A DNA stretch of 12,613 nucleotides from Elainellaceae cyanobacterium (GCA_051117555.1 JBNPEG010000118.1:1-12613), one strand, 5' to 3'; shown: positions 1-9,087, counted from the first letter of the stretch. Made by a program: numbers and translations. The notes: generated by a model not told the origin, from the sequence alone.

Positions 1-491
1 CTAAGTTCATATAACAACTTTCTAAATCTATCTGGCATTTCAGCATCACTATATTTTACCTCCATTTCGTCTAGCTTCCCTTCCACTCTTTCAAGTTCTT
101 CGACCAATCGCGCGATATCAGACTTTTCAAATTTTTCATTTAGTTCTTGTATAACCCATGATCTTACTTTAAGAAGGAAAACTTCATTACTTCGATACTT
201 AATATAATCTTTAATTCTTTGCTCTTCATCTTTCGCTGATTTGAGATTTTCAAGAGTTTCTTCTTCATAAGTAAGCAATACTTTGTCTACAGCCACTGAC
301 ACATCTTTTTTGTTAAAAGGTTTGTTAGCAAATAAACCTAAGATGCCCGCTAGAATAGCAATCACTCCTGAAAGTATTGCAAAAATCCTATCTGATACAT
401 GATTAAAGTAGTAGGCAACTGAAATAACGACAACCAGAGCAAGACAAAAAAGTGTCAAAAATCTGAATATCTGATAAGGCTGAATTCTCAT
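1..491 (-). CDS. Partial AT-rich hypothetical membrane protein (two N-terminal TM segments plus coiled-coil region); runs off the left edge
   Basis: Manual translation from ATG at 491 stays open for 163 codons to the edge: MRIQPYQIFRFLTLFCLALVVVISVAYYFNHVSDRIFAILSGVIAILAGILGLFANKPFNKKDVSVAVDKVLLTYEEETLENLKSAKDEEQRIKDYIKYRSNEVFLLKVRSWVIQELNEKFEKSDIARLVEELERVEGKLDEMEVKY... Not in the ORF track because there is no stop in the window. Confidence 0.8.
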   Translation of the reverse strand, partial: MRIQPYQIFRFLTLFCLALVVVISVAYYFNHVSDRIFAILSGVIAILAGILGLFANKPFNKKDVSVAVDKVLLTYEEETLENLKSAKDEEQRIKDYIKYRSNEVFLLKVRSWVIQELNEKFEKSDIARLVEELERVEGKLDEMEVKYSDAEMPDRFRKLLYEL

Positions 492-647
492 ATTTTGGAC
501 TCATACAATTGCTTGATAAATGTCTAACAAGTTTAAAATAGCTAACTAAAATTTCCTTGTCGAGTTCGTGATGACACTACTCTGAAAACTCCATACAGTT
601 TTTAAGGCCAAGGCAACTAATATTTAGACTGCTTTTCCTCTCTCTAG

Positions 648-767
648 TCTGTCTAACTATATGTAGGCAGATTACCTCTGTCTAATCCTCCGGCCTAAGG
701 TATATAGACAGAATCCTAGCTTCGCATTAAAGATTCGCTTCATCGCATCAGTAAATCTTCACACAGA
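648..767. other. Cluster of TCTGTCTAA-type boxes; possible site-specific (tyrosine) recombinase site
   Basis: TCTGTCTAA 648-656, 6-bp spacer CTATAT, inverted GTAGGCAGA 663-671; further copies TCTGTCTAA 677-685, inverted ATAGACAGA 704-712, degenerate inverted TCACACAGA 759-767. The repeats are seen directly; the function is inferred. Confidence 0.45.
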
Positions 768-784
768 AGACGAAATCATCGTGT

Positions 785-819
785 GCGATGGTCAAAGACC
801 AGTCCCAAAGGACCATCGC
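785..819. repeat. Small structured element inserted in a HIP1 site (SDR-like)
   Basis: GCG + 27 nt + ATCGC; deleting 788-814 restores GCGATCGC. Outer stem GCGATG/CATCGC encloses hairpins GGTC-AAA-GACC and GTCC-CAAA-GGAC. Confidence 0.6.
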
Positions 820-827
820 CTTAATCG

Positions 828-994
828 GGGCATTGCTCATCGGCAAATGATTTTCGGAGGGGCATGAATGATTTTCGGAATTTTCGGAGGGGCAATAGCC
901 CTATGGGCATGGCTTCGCTAAGGCATTGCCATGCCCGTACAACGGGTGGTTGGTGAGCTAATGGTTTTCCTACATTCATCAATTTCGCAACGCC
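828..994. mobile_element. MITE/REP-like dispersed repeat, copy 1
   Basis: 828-972 is a near-identical inverted copy of 11262-11397. Internal hairpin GGGCATGGC..GCCATGCCC next to GTAC; imperfect termini GGCATTGC (829-836) / GCAACGCC (987-994). Confidence 0.75.
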
Positions 995-1106
995 TTAACC
1001 TTGGTGACGGAAGCGGGATGCTTCAATGTATTCTGCGTACGTCCTAATCTTTGTAGTATTGGATTAGAGCCGTTTATGTACTAACTAGGAGTGATGGATA
1101 ACCCTG

Positions 1107-1886
1107 ATGATTCCGTATGTTTCTCGGCTAGCAATTTTCCCAATCAAAGCTCTAGACGGGCTCACTGTTGAGCGTGCCATGCTTCTTGAATCTGGGGCGC
1201 TCCAGGGCGATCGCGAGTTTGCCATCTTTGATGAGGCAGATCGTTTCGTCAACGGCAAACACAACCCGCATGTCCACTCGCTCCGTGCCCACTATGACCT
1301 GAGTGCGGGCATCGTCTCCCTGCACAAACAAGGAACCGACTCTGCGACATCTTTTCATCTAACAAACGAGCGGAATGCTCTCGAAACGTGGCTGAGTCAA
1401 TATTTTGGCTTTCCCGTACAGGTGAGGCAAAACCTCACGATGGGCTTCCCCGATGATACAGACTCTTCAGGCCCCACCCTTGTGAGCACGGCTACTCTGG
1501 AGGCGATCGCCTCGTGGTATCCAGAGCTGACGGTTGAGGAGATTCGTCGTCGCTTTCGCACCAATATCGAAATTTCAGGCGTGCCTGCCTTTTGGGAAGA
1601 TCGGCTATTTTCAACGCCCGATAGCCCCGTCACTTTTCAAATCGGGGATGCTACGTTTATGGGCGTCAATCCATCTCAGCGATGCGTGGTAATCACCCGC
1701 GATTCTCAAACTGGAGACGCCTATCCAAACTTTCAAAAAACATTTGTCGCACACCGACGAGAAACTCTACCCTCGTGGTCAGAGCGATCGCAATTTAATC
1801 ACTTCTATCGACTCGCGGTCAACACGCGAGTGCCCCCCTCGGAAGCGGGCACGGTCATTAAAGTAGGAGATCCAGTTCGTCTGTAG
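1107..1886 (+). CDS. MOSC domain-containing protein (YcbX/mARC-like) with N-terminal beta-barrel
   Basis: N-terminal IFPIKAL and GDREFA, MOSC motif RRFRTNIEISG, AFWED and C-terminal (P)SQRCVVITRD. Confidence 0.9.
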   Translation: MIPYVSRLAIFPIKALDGLTVERAMLLESGALQGDREFAIFDEADRFVNGKHNPHVHSLRAHYDLSAGIVSLHKQGTDSATSFHLTNERNALETWLSQYFGFPVQVRQNLTMGFPDDTDSSGPTLVSTATLEAIASWYPELTVEEIRRRFRTNIEISGVPAFWEDRLFSTPDSPVTFQIGDATFMGVNPSQRCVVITRDSQTGDAYPNFQKTFVAHRRETLPSWSERSQFNHFYRLAVNTRVPPSEAGTVIKVGDPVRL

Positions 1887-1978
1887 CCATGATTGGGGTG
1901 CCATCTTGAAGGTGACGAGTATTTCTCGCTAGGCTGGATACTCTTGACGAACGATTACGAGGAATGTGAATCAGTCTA

Positions 1979-2215
1979 ATGCCATTGTCTCATCCACAAT
2001 TATCCAATCAGCACCTCTCTAATCTCAACCCTCTGTCTGCCAAAACTCGATATGAATGTCTAGAAGTCTACGCCGAACAGGACGCAATTTTTGGCAGTCC
2101 CAACCCGCGATATAAGCAGTCCTCGATTTATTGCAATGCCTACCTAGACTTCCGCACCCGACTCGTCGGTGAAGACGGTCTGACAGATATGGAGTGGGAT
2201 CTAACTATTTTTTGA
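1979..2215 (+). CDS. Small hypothetical protein (78 aa)
   Basis: ATG ORF co-oriented with the MOSC gene, fills the intergenic space, GAGGA upstream (about 1959-1963), protein-like composition (YAEQDAIFGSPNPRY..GLTDMEWDLTIF). Confidence 0.7.
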   Translation: MPLSHPQLSNQHLSNLNPLSAKTRYECLEVYAEQDAIFGSPNPRYKQSSIYCNAYLDFRTRLVGEDGLTDMEWDLTIF

Positions 2216-2269
2216 CACGCTCATGCTTGACACGCTCATGCTTGACACGCTCATGCTTGACACGCTCAT
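2212..2269 (+). repeat. 15-bp tandem repeat TTGACACGCTCATGC, about 3.9 copies
   Basis: Perfect units at 2212, 2227 and 2242 plus a 13-bp partial unit at 2257; the first unit contains the TGA stop of the 78-aa ORF. Confidence 0.95.
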
Positions 2270-2338
2270 CTGGCACCGACGTCAGCCGTTCAAACGCTGC
2301 GAGACGCTGCAATACGTTGGCGATCGCTTGGCATTGAG

Positions 2339-3913
2339 TTAAGCCACCGACATGGGTTGATGGGCCTTGAGTGTTTCCTCCTGAGCCTTAACATCTGCCA
2401 ACTGTGATTGAATTTGGTCTTTCACAATCTGGCGATACTCTAGGAAGTGCTCATTGTGAGCGCAAACGGCAAGATAGCGATCAAACACGCTGGGATTGTG
2501 TTTGATGATGCTAACGAGATGATGCCAAAACATCCAGCGAGTGTCTCGTTTGATGCCCTGCCGCCAAATGACAATCAGCAACGCCCTCAAATCGACGCGG
2601 CTCGGCAACTTAAAGGGGGCTTTGCATCGGGGCGCACCCAACTTTAAGAAGTGACGATATGTGCGATCGAGATACTTTTTCGGCTCATAAATTTGCCAAA
2701 AGGCATCCACGTATTCATAGGCGATGTCTTCTAGCGGACGGCTTGGAACAAAGTTCATTAAGGTAGTCTGGTTGATATTGCCATCTTTGCCATCTCGCAA
2801 GCGACCTTCCTTCTCAAGCCGATGCCATAGGGCAGTGTTGGGCAAAGCTTGCAGCATTGCAAAGGTTGTCGTGGGGATGGTGGTTTGTTCGACAAACTGG
2901 ACGATGCGATCGCCCGCTCCTTTTTTCTCGCCATCAAAGCCAATAATAAACCCAGCCATCACTCGCAACCCTGACCGGGTAATCGTATCAACCGCGTCTA
3001 CCAAAGGACCACGGGTATTTTGAAATTTCTTTGTAAACGAGAGACTGTCTTCGTCGGGGGTTTCAATTCCTAGAAATACTGCATTGAAGTTACACTCCAT
3101 CATCAAATCCATTAGTTCTTGATCTTGAGCCAAATCGACTGAGGCTTCCGTATCAAAGAGAAATGGATACTGGTGCTCTTTCTGCCAAACCTTTAGCTCT
3201 TTGAGCAGCAGCTTGACGTTGCGCTTGTTGCCGATGAAATTATCATCGACCATGAAAATGCCCCGTCTCCAGCCCAATTCGTAGAGACAGTCGAGTTCTT
3301 TGAGGAGCTGAGCGGGAGCCTTGGTTCGAGGTTTGCGCCCATAGAGCACGATGATGTCGCAAAATTCGCACTGAAACGGACATCCTCGTGAAAACTGAAT
3401 CGACATAGAATCATAGGCATCAAATTCGAGCAAATCAAAGCGAGGAACGGGGGTCTCAGTAACATCAGGTTTTTCCCCGTTGGAGCGAAAAATGCCCTGC
3501 GTCTCTCCTTGGGCGATCGCCTCGACAAACATGGGTAAGGTAATTTCTCCCTCATCCAAAATCAAAAAGTCTGCTCCTGCCGCTTTCGGCACATTTGGAA
3601 CAGAGGTTGGATAGGGGCCTCCCACTGCAACTTGCTTTCCGTGTCGCTTGGCCTCTTGGATCTGGTCAATCAAGTCCTGCTTTTGCACAATCATGGCAGA
3701 GAGAATCACCAGGTCTGCCCAGGCCCACTCGTCATCAGTAACAGCGCGAACGTTGCGATCGACCAGCTTAAACTCCCAGTCTTGGGGCAAAATGGCTGCA
3801 ACGGTCACTAAACCCAGCGGCGGGAGTAAAACTTTGCGATTCACCAACTCTAAAATCTTTTCGTACGACCAAAATGTTTTAGGAAATTGGGGATAAACGA
3901 GTAGAACGCGCAT
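2339..3913 (-). CDS. Cobalamin-binding radical SAM protein (class B methyltransferase-like, HpnP/BchE-related, C-terminal DUF4070-type region)
   Basis: B12-binding domain (PPLGLVTVAA, VAVGGPYPT, LDEGE), CxxxCxxC motif SRGCPFQCEFC, VDDNF, FLGIET. Start placed at MRVLLVYP (ATG 3913). Substrate cannot be assigned. Confidence 0.92.
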   Translation of the reverse strand: MRVLLVYPQFPKTFWSYEKILELVNRKVLLPPLGLVTVAAILPQDWEFKLVDRNVRAVTDDEWAWADLVILSAMIVQKQDLIDQIQEAKRHGKQVAVGGPYPTSVPNVPKAAGADFLILDEGEITLPMFVEAIAQGETQGIFRSNGEKPDVTETPVPRFDLLEFDAYDSMSIQFSRGCPFQCEFCDIIVLYGRKPRTKAPAQLLKELDCLYELGWRRGIFMVDDNFIGNKRNVKLLLKELKVWQKEHQYPFLFDTEASVDLAQDQELMDLMMECNFNAVFLGIETPDEDSLSFTKKFQNTRGPLVDAVDTITRSGLRVMAGFIIGFDGEKKGAGDRIVQFVEQTTIPTTTFAMLQALPNTALWHRLEKEGRLRDGKDGNINQTTLMNFVPSRPLEDIAYEYVDAFWQIYEPKKYLDRTYRHFLKLGAPRCKAPFKLPSRVDLRALLIVIWRQGIKRDTRWMFWHHLVSIIKHNPSVFDRYLAVCAHNEHFLEYRQIVKDQIQSQLADVKAQEETLKAHQPMSVA

Positions 3914-4240
3914 GTTGGCTGATCTCACACCTAATACAAAAAACTGTCAATTGCGGGATTTGATAAATGAATGAAAAAATTGTCAACCAATGTGACCAGG
4001 TTACGCCGATTTAAGCACATTTTTTGAATATTAGGTAATTCTCTCACTCTATGCAATGCGGCGGTCAGATATTGCTGATGAGGCTAGGGGATTAGAAACG
4101 TTAACCCGTGCCAGATTGCTTCCCTTTCTAACTGAGCATGTCAGGGTAGCGAAACTGTTGAATCTTTTTGAATCCTTAGTTAAGTTTGCCATCTGTAAGT
4201 GGAAAGCCCTATTTGTTTGTAGGTTATGCCTAACAGCCCC

Positions 4241-4699
4241 CTACGTATTTTGGGTCGCTAGTTGATATAACCAAGTCAAGTCGTAGAGCACCACCCATGC
4301 TAGGTAAATCAGGCTAATGCCAAACGATAGGCGATCGCCACGCCTGATACTAAATGCTTGCACCAACACCAAACCGGCAAACCCGACCGTAATCCAAAAT
4401 GTCAGCATCAGGTTGCGTGTGCCAAAGAAGAAGGCATTCCAGACTTCATTACCCATTACGACGGCGGCACTCAGGGCGACTGCCGCCCATAAATGCTTGA
4501 CGAACGCCCTAAAAATGATGATGCCGTAGCCGATATATACCAAAAGGGCAACAATCGCTGCCCCCCACAGGGGAAGCTGAAACCACGGACGGTTAAGGCG
4601 TTCATACCAAATCAGTGCGTTTTCTGAAATAAACGCATTGCCCAAAATAGCCGCCAACAATGGGATGGCGATCGCCAGAGAGAGTGCACGCCATTCCAT
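4241..4699 (-). CDS. tspO: TspO/MBR family tryptophan-rich sensory protein
   Basis: Five hydrophobic segments; WYERLNRPWFQLPLW, NEVWNAFFFG and YLAWV motifs. Start placed at MEWRAL (ATG 4699). Confidence 0.85.
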   Translation of the reverse strand: MEWRALSLAIAIPLLAAILGNAFISENALIWYERLNRPWFQLPLWGAAIVALLVYIGYGIIIFRAFVKHLWAAVALSAAVVMGNEVWNAFFFGTRNLMLTFWITVGFAGLVLVQAFSIRRGDRLSFGISLIYLAWVVLYDLTWLYQLATQNT

Positions 4700-5067
4700 A
4701 TCATGACCAATCCTGTTATTCACATCATCAGACGGCGCTTCTACCTGACTTATCCCATAAAGCGCCCTACGCTTCAATCACCACCCGCACCTCATCTTAT
4801 TACTTCGCGGATACCCAATGAAGTAGGACTTGGGTTGGAAAACCGTACTTAGGATTGGCGAGGAAACACTCCTTTTTTAGGTATGTTTATTCTCAAAGAG
4901 ATTTGCTATACCTACTATTCTGTACTTGACGCAATTGCACATTGCTATAAATTTGCGAATGATTTCATAATCTGGCATTCATGAATTGATCTCTGTATTG
5001 ATCTCTGTGCGAGCATAACAGTTGGTCTCCCACATTACTTATAATAGGGTCTGGTCAATTGCCTGAC

Positions 5068-5433
5068 CTAATCAAACTTCCCATTGATACACTGTTGGGC
5101 GACATCCCTCAAACCTTCTTCTATCCGTTCACCACCAGGACATTGGGGATTGGTTAACGTCAGGGTCTCGGAGGTCGAATCATAGTTAAAATCAACGCTC
5201 CCTCCCCAAATATCAAGAACCTGGGAATAGGCATCAATAGTACCGCTATTCTCACTAGGGAATGATAGATAACCTCGTTCGTTAGAGTTGTGCTCTTTCA
5301 TGCACTGAAATACATCTGGGGACACATTTTCTATTTCCGAGGCTTCTACAGGAAGGGCAAAGCCTAAGAGAGAAAAACTGAGAGTCGCTACTGGCGCAAA
5401 TGAGCGAAATGCTTTAGATAAAGTATTATTCAT
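5068..5433 (-). CDS. Secreted hypothetical protein (121 aa)
   Basis: Sec-type signal peptide MNNTLSKAFRSFAPVATLSFSLLGFALPVEA followed by a small acidic domain with three Cys; start placed at ATG 5433. Confidence 0.75.
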   Translation of the reverse strand: MNNTLSKAFRSFAPVATLSFSLLGFALPVEASEIENVSPDVFQCMKEHNSNERGYLSFPSENSGTIDAYSQVLDIWGGSVDFNYDSTSETLTLTNPQCPGGERIEEGLRDVAQQCINGKFD

Positions 5434-5647
5434 GGCTGGATGATCTTGAAACGACATGTTTGAATACCAATTCATCGCTATTCATTCTGCGAAGAAGCAA
5501 CGACTGAATAGACGAAACAATCGGTTAAAAGAATTCACTTTTGAGCATCGATTATGTCACGCTGATTTGGACTCAGGCATCTATCAGAAGCAAGAAAGTT
5601 CTTGACTTGAGTTGGATATCAACGGCTACTTAAAATCGTGGTGTTAG

Positions 5648-6214
5648 TTTGCAGACATCGAGGCATTACAACATCGGAATCGGTGGCAGGAAGCGGCAGA
5701 TTTGATGGTTTCAGCCGCACAAAGCGTTGAACGTGCAGGCGCAGATTTTGTGGTTCTCTGCACAAACATGATGCACAAACTCGCAGATGAGATTGAAGCA
5801 ACTATTCAAATTCCGTTCCTTCATATTGCGGATGCAACGGCTGAAAAGATTCAGTCTCGAAACATTCAAACGATCGGCTTGTTGGGCACTCGATTTACGA
5901 TGGAGCAAGATTTCTATCGAGGGCGACTGGTCAACAAACGCGGACTAGATGTGATTATTCCCAACGACAACGAACGAGAGTTAGTGCATCAAATTATTTA
6001 CGAAGAACTGTATCTTGGAATCATCAACCCAGAATCAAGAAAGCAGTACACTCAGATCATGAATCGATTAGTTGAATCAGGGGCAGACGGCATCATTTTA
6101 GGGTGTACAGAAATCGAACTACTCGTTCGCGCTGACGATACGACAGTAGAATTGTTTCCAACGACGAGAATTCATGCGGAAGCAGCCGTTAAAAAAGCGA
6201 TAACTGCCGGATAA
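5648..6214 (+). pseudogene. 5'-truncated aspartate/glutamate racemase family gene (YgeA/RacX-like)
   Basis: LCTNMMH, FLHIAD, LLGTRFTMEQDFY and ILGCTEI motifs. Homology extends in frame upstream of the called start to FADIEALQHRNRWQEAADL at 5648, preceded by TAG (5645-5647). The family N-terminus (GLxGGMSWES, about 45 aa) is absent. Confidence 0.8.
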
Positions 6215-6342
6215 CACGTTTGTCCTTGCCAATCGTCATCCCGACATACCGACAAAACGATTGAGTAGAATGGGTGAACCGTCTCTACATCAGTCGGCTG
6301 AGTTGTCCATGTTTTTCTCTCATTATTCTTGAAGGATCATGT

Positions 6343-8253
6343 ATGGTAAGCCCGTCGTCTCAATCGTCCTCTAATTTGCCAAATCAACAGCTTGATGAGT
6401 TAAAGTCGCGATCGCCATCCGATGATGATGTTGACCTAGAATTTCTCTACACACGAGATATCGAGTTTCGGCAAGAAACAATCTACTTTATCGTCGTCGA
6501 TCGCTTTTGTGACGGTGATCCAAGTAATAATGAAGGGCCAAATCCTGAGCTATACGATCCGACCCGCACCGAGTGGGGCAAATATTGGGGAGGTGACTTG
6601 CAAGGAGTCATTAGTAAGCTCGACTACCTCAAAAACATGGGCGTGACTGCTATCTGGCTCACCCCGCTATTTGAGCAAATTGAAGATTTATTCATCGAAA
6701 GTGCTGCTATTCACGGATATTGGACGCAAGACTTTAAGCGCATCAATCCCCGGTTTATTCGCACGGACGACGACCCATCTCTCAACACTACGCAGGAAAC
6801 TCAGAACACGATTTTTGACGAACTCATCGAAGCAATGCATCAGCGAGATATGAAGCTGGTACTCGATATTGTGTGCAACCACAGCAGCCCTGATGTTAGC
6901 GGTATCAAAGGCGTTCTCTATGATGATGGAGAACTGATTGCCGATTTTAACAACGATGTCAATCACTGGTATCACCACTATGGAGAAGTACAGAATTGGG
7001 AAGACGATTGGCAGGTGCAAAACTGCGAACTGTCGGGGTTAGCCACCTTCAACGAAAACAACACCAACTATCGCCGCTATATCAAGGCTGCAATTAAACA
7101 ATGGCTCGATCGCGGCGTAGATGCACTCCGCGTGGATACGGTGAAGCACATGCCCATTTGGTTTTGGCAAGAGTTTTGCGCCGATATTCAAAACCATCGA
7201 CCTGACGTATTTATTATGGGCGAGTGGATCTATGCCCACCCTGACGACGATCGCTCGGTAGAATTTGCCAACTCGTCGGGCATGACCATTCTCGATTTTG
7301 GTCTAAGTACTGCCATTCGGGGAGCGCTGGCCCAAGGTGCTGAAGCTGGGTTTTTCCTAGTTCAAAACATCTTTGATTTAGATCATCTCTACTCAGGGGC
7401 AACTGAGCTGATTACGTTCATCGACAATCACGACATGCCCCGCTTTCTGACGCTGAACCCCGATCCTGATATGTTGCGGGTGGCGATCGCCCTCGTGATG
7501 ACCTGTCGCGGCATCCCCTGCATCTATTACGGCACCGAGCAATATCTCCACAACGATACCGACTATGGCAACGATCCCTACAACCGTCCGATGATGGAGT
7601 CGTGGGATATAAGTACCGATATCTATCGGACGATTCGCCTCTTATCCGGAGTGCGGCGACTCAATCCAGCCGTGTCGTTAGGCAGCCAGTGGCAAAAACA
7701 TGTCACGCCTGACGTGTATTGCTATACCCGTCGATATGGAGATTGCGTGTGCTTTGTGGCGATGAATCGAGGCGAAAAAACCGTCGTTGAATCGGTTGAA
7801 ACAGATTTGCCCGATGGTGACCATACCTGCGTCTTGACTCGCCGCAAATTCCACGTCAAAGAGGGCTATCTCACCGACTTGGAGTTAGGGGCGCGCAATG
7901 CGTTTGTTCTCAGTCATGTAGGCGATCGCGCCAAAGGTCAAGTCATCGTCCGAGCGCAGCTCAACGGCGTAGATACTCAACTGGGTGAAACGATTGTGGT
8001 CACGGGAGACTGCCCCGAATTGGGCAATTGGGATATTTCCAAAGCCTATCCGCTGGAATATATCAATTCAAATACGTGGTTTGCAGAAATTCCGTTTGAT
8101 GAAAGCGCAGGCAAGCTGATCACCTACAAGTATGGAATGTGGCGAGACGGGCGATCGCCCCTGCGAGAAAACCTAGTCGCGCGGCGGTGGGTGCTAGTCA
8201 GCGAAGGCATTGTGAAATGGCGCGACACATGGGCATCAGGGCGAGAATCCTAG
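6343..8253 (+). CDS. GH13 alpha-amylase / cyclomaltodextrin glucanotransferase-like enzyme with C-terminal CBM20
   Basis: YWGGDLQG, LDIVCNH, catalytic RVDTVKH, GEW and FIDNHD; CBM20 signature VVTGDCPELGNWD..YKY. GAAGGA precedes ATG 6343. Confidence 0.93.
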   Translation: MVSPSSQSSSNLPNQQLDELKSRSPSDDDVDLEFLYTRDIEFRQETIYFIVVDRFCDGDPSNNEGPNPELYDPTRTEWGKYWGGDLQGVISKLDYLKNMGVTAIWLTPLFEQIEDLFIESAAIHGYWTQDFKRINPRFIRTDDDPSLNTTQETQNTIFDELIEAMHQRDMKLVLDIVCNHSSPDVSGIKGVLYDDGELIADFNNDVNHWYHHYGEVQNWEDDWQVQNCELSGLATFNENNTNYRRYIKAAIKQWLDRGVDALRVDTVKHMPIWFWQEFCADIQNHRPDVFIMGEWIYAHPDDDRSVEFANSSGMTILDFGLSTAIRGALAQGAEAGFFLVQNIFDLDHLYSGATELITFIDNHDMPRFLTLNPDPDMLRVAIALVMTCRGIPCIYYGTEQYLHNDTDYGNDPYNRPMMESWDISTDIYRTIRLLSGVRRLNPAVSLGSQWQKHVTPDVYCYTRRYGDCVCFVAMNRGEKTVVESVETDLPDGDHTCVLTRRKFHVKEGYLTDLELGARNAFVLSHVGDRAKGQVIVRAQLNGVDTQLGETIVVTGDCPELGNWDISKAYPLEYINSNTWFAEIPFDESAGKLITYKYGMWRDGRSPLRENLVARRWVLVSEGIVKWRDTWASGRES

Positions 8254-8279
8254 AATTCCTGACCCTTATTCCTATCTGC

Positions 8280-9047
8280 TCACGGTTCTAACCCCGCAGC
8301 TCTCAGCTTCTCAAGCAATGCTTCTTTTTCCTGTCTCTCTTGTTCCAGAGCAGCTTCAGCTTCTTGGGCTCGATTTTCAGCCTGACGCGCTCGTTCCTCT
8401 GGCAACGGCAGCATAATGCCATCCACATTCCACCAGCGCAACCAGCGACCTGTGCGGGTGTCTCGCTGTCCATCCCAGATGCCTAGGGACAAATCTAAGT
8501 AGTCTATCCAATACTGATTATGCGCGTCGGGCGTCTGCTTTTGGTAGAGCTTTTCCTCTAGATGATAGACTTCAAGCTCGCCCGAAGCAGGCGCAAAAAT
8601 GACATAATACGGAGCCTGAATTACCCGCTCATAAAAGAACCATTTGCCAATTTTCTGTCCCGACTCCATTGAATATTCTCCGCCATCGGTTTCGCAGAGG
8701 AATTCCATCACGATCAGGGGAATAGGCCCTTCCGCATGAGGCGTATAGCTGCGACGCGGTTTGGATTTGGGTTCTACAGGTTTGACATACATCCAGTCAG
8801 GCGCTTTGCAAATGGTGCGTCCGTCAATTCCGGCGCAGAGAGAAAAGTTGGATGTAATGAGCGCATCATGCAGGAGAGCAGGGACTGCTGAGAGCGATTG
8901 GGTGAGCGCATTGGCTAGCGGTGGATGGTCTTCGTTTTCCACAGGATCATCGGGTAAGGGAAAATCGTCGGGTAGCGCCGACCAGGTAATCTGATGAGAT
9001 GAAAGTACTGACTGGGAAAAGGCAATCATATCCTTGCTCTCCTGCAT
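8280..9047 (-). CDS. Uma2 (DUF820) family putative endonuclease with coiled-coil tail
   Basis: LPDDFPLPDDPVEN, KAPDWMYV, IVMEFL, GKWFFYE, WLRWW and an ERARQAENRAQEAE tail typical of cyanobacterial Uma2 proteins. Confidence 0.9.
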   Translation of the reverse strand: MQESKDMIAFSQSVLSSHQITWSALPDDFPLPDDPVENEDHPPLANALTQSLSAVPALLHDALITSNFSLCAGIDGRTICKAPDWMYVKPVEPKSKPRRSYTPHAEGPIPLIVMEFLCETDGGEYSMESGQKIGKWFFYERVIQAPYYVIFAPASGELEVYHLEEKLYQKQTPDAHNQYWIDYLDLSLGIWDGQRDTRTGRWLRWWNVDGIMLPLPEERARQAENRAQEAEAALEQERQEKEALLEKLRAAGLEP

Positions 9048-9087
9048 GGTCTTGTTGGATGTTGCGGATCAGACGTATGAACGGGTG

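Noticed and set aside
522..629. Canonical integron attC site (GTCTAAC...TTTAGAC)
   Set aside because: The ends are nearly complementary, but the inner arms do not pair in register and no L boxes could be identified by eye.
2339..3913. Gene symbol hpnP or bchE
   Set aside because: Family-level motifs only; cyanobacteria carry several paralogs and there is no supporting gene context.
4056..4265. 69-aa plus-strand ORF
   Set aside because: Overlaps the tspO 3' end, has no recognisable motif and occupies the likely upstream region of the radical SAM gene.
4985..5008. 12-bp tandem duplication ATTGATCTCTGT x2
   Set aside because: Two copies only; most simply a slippage duplication with no further support.
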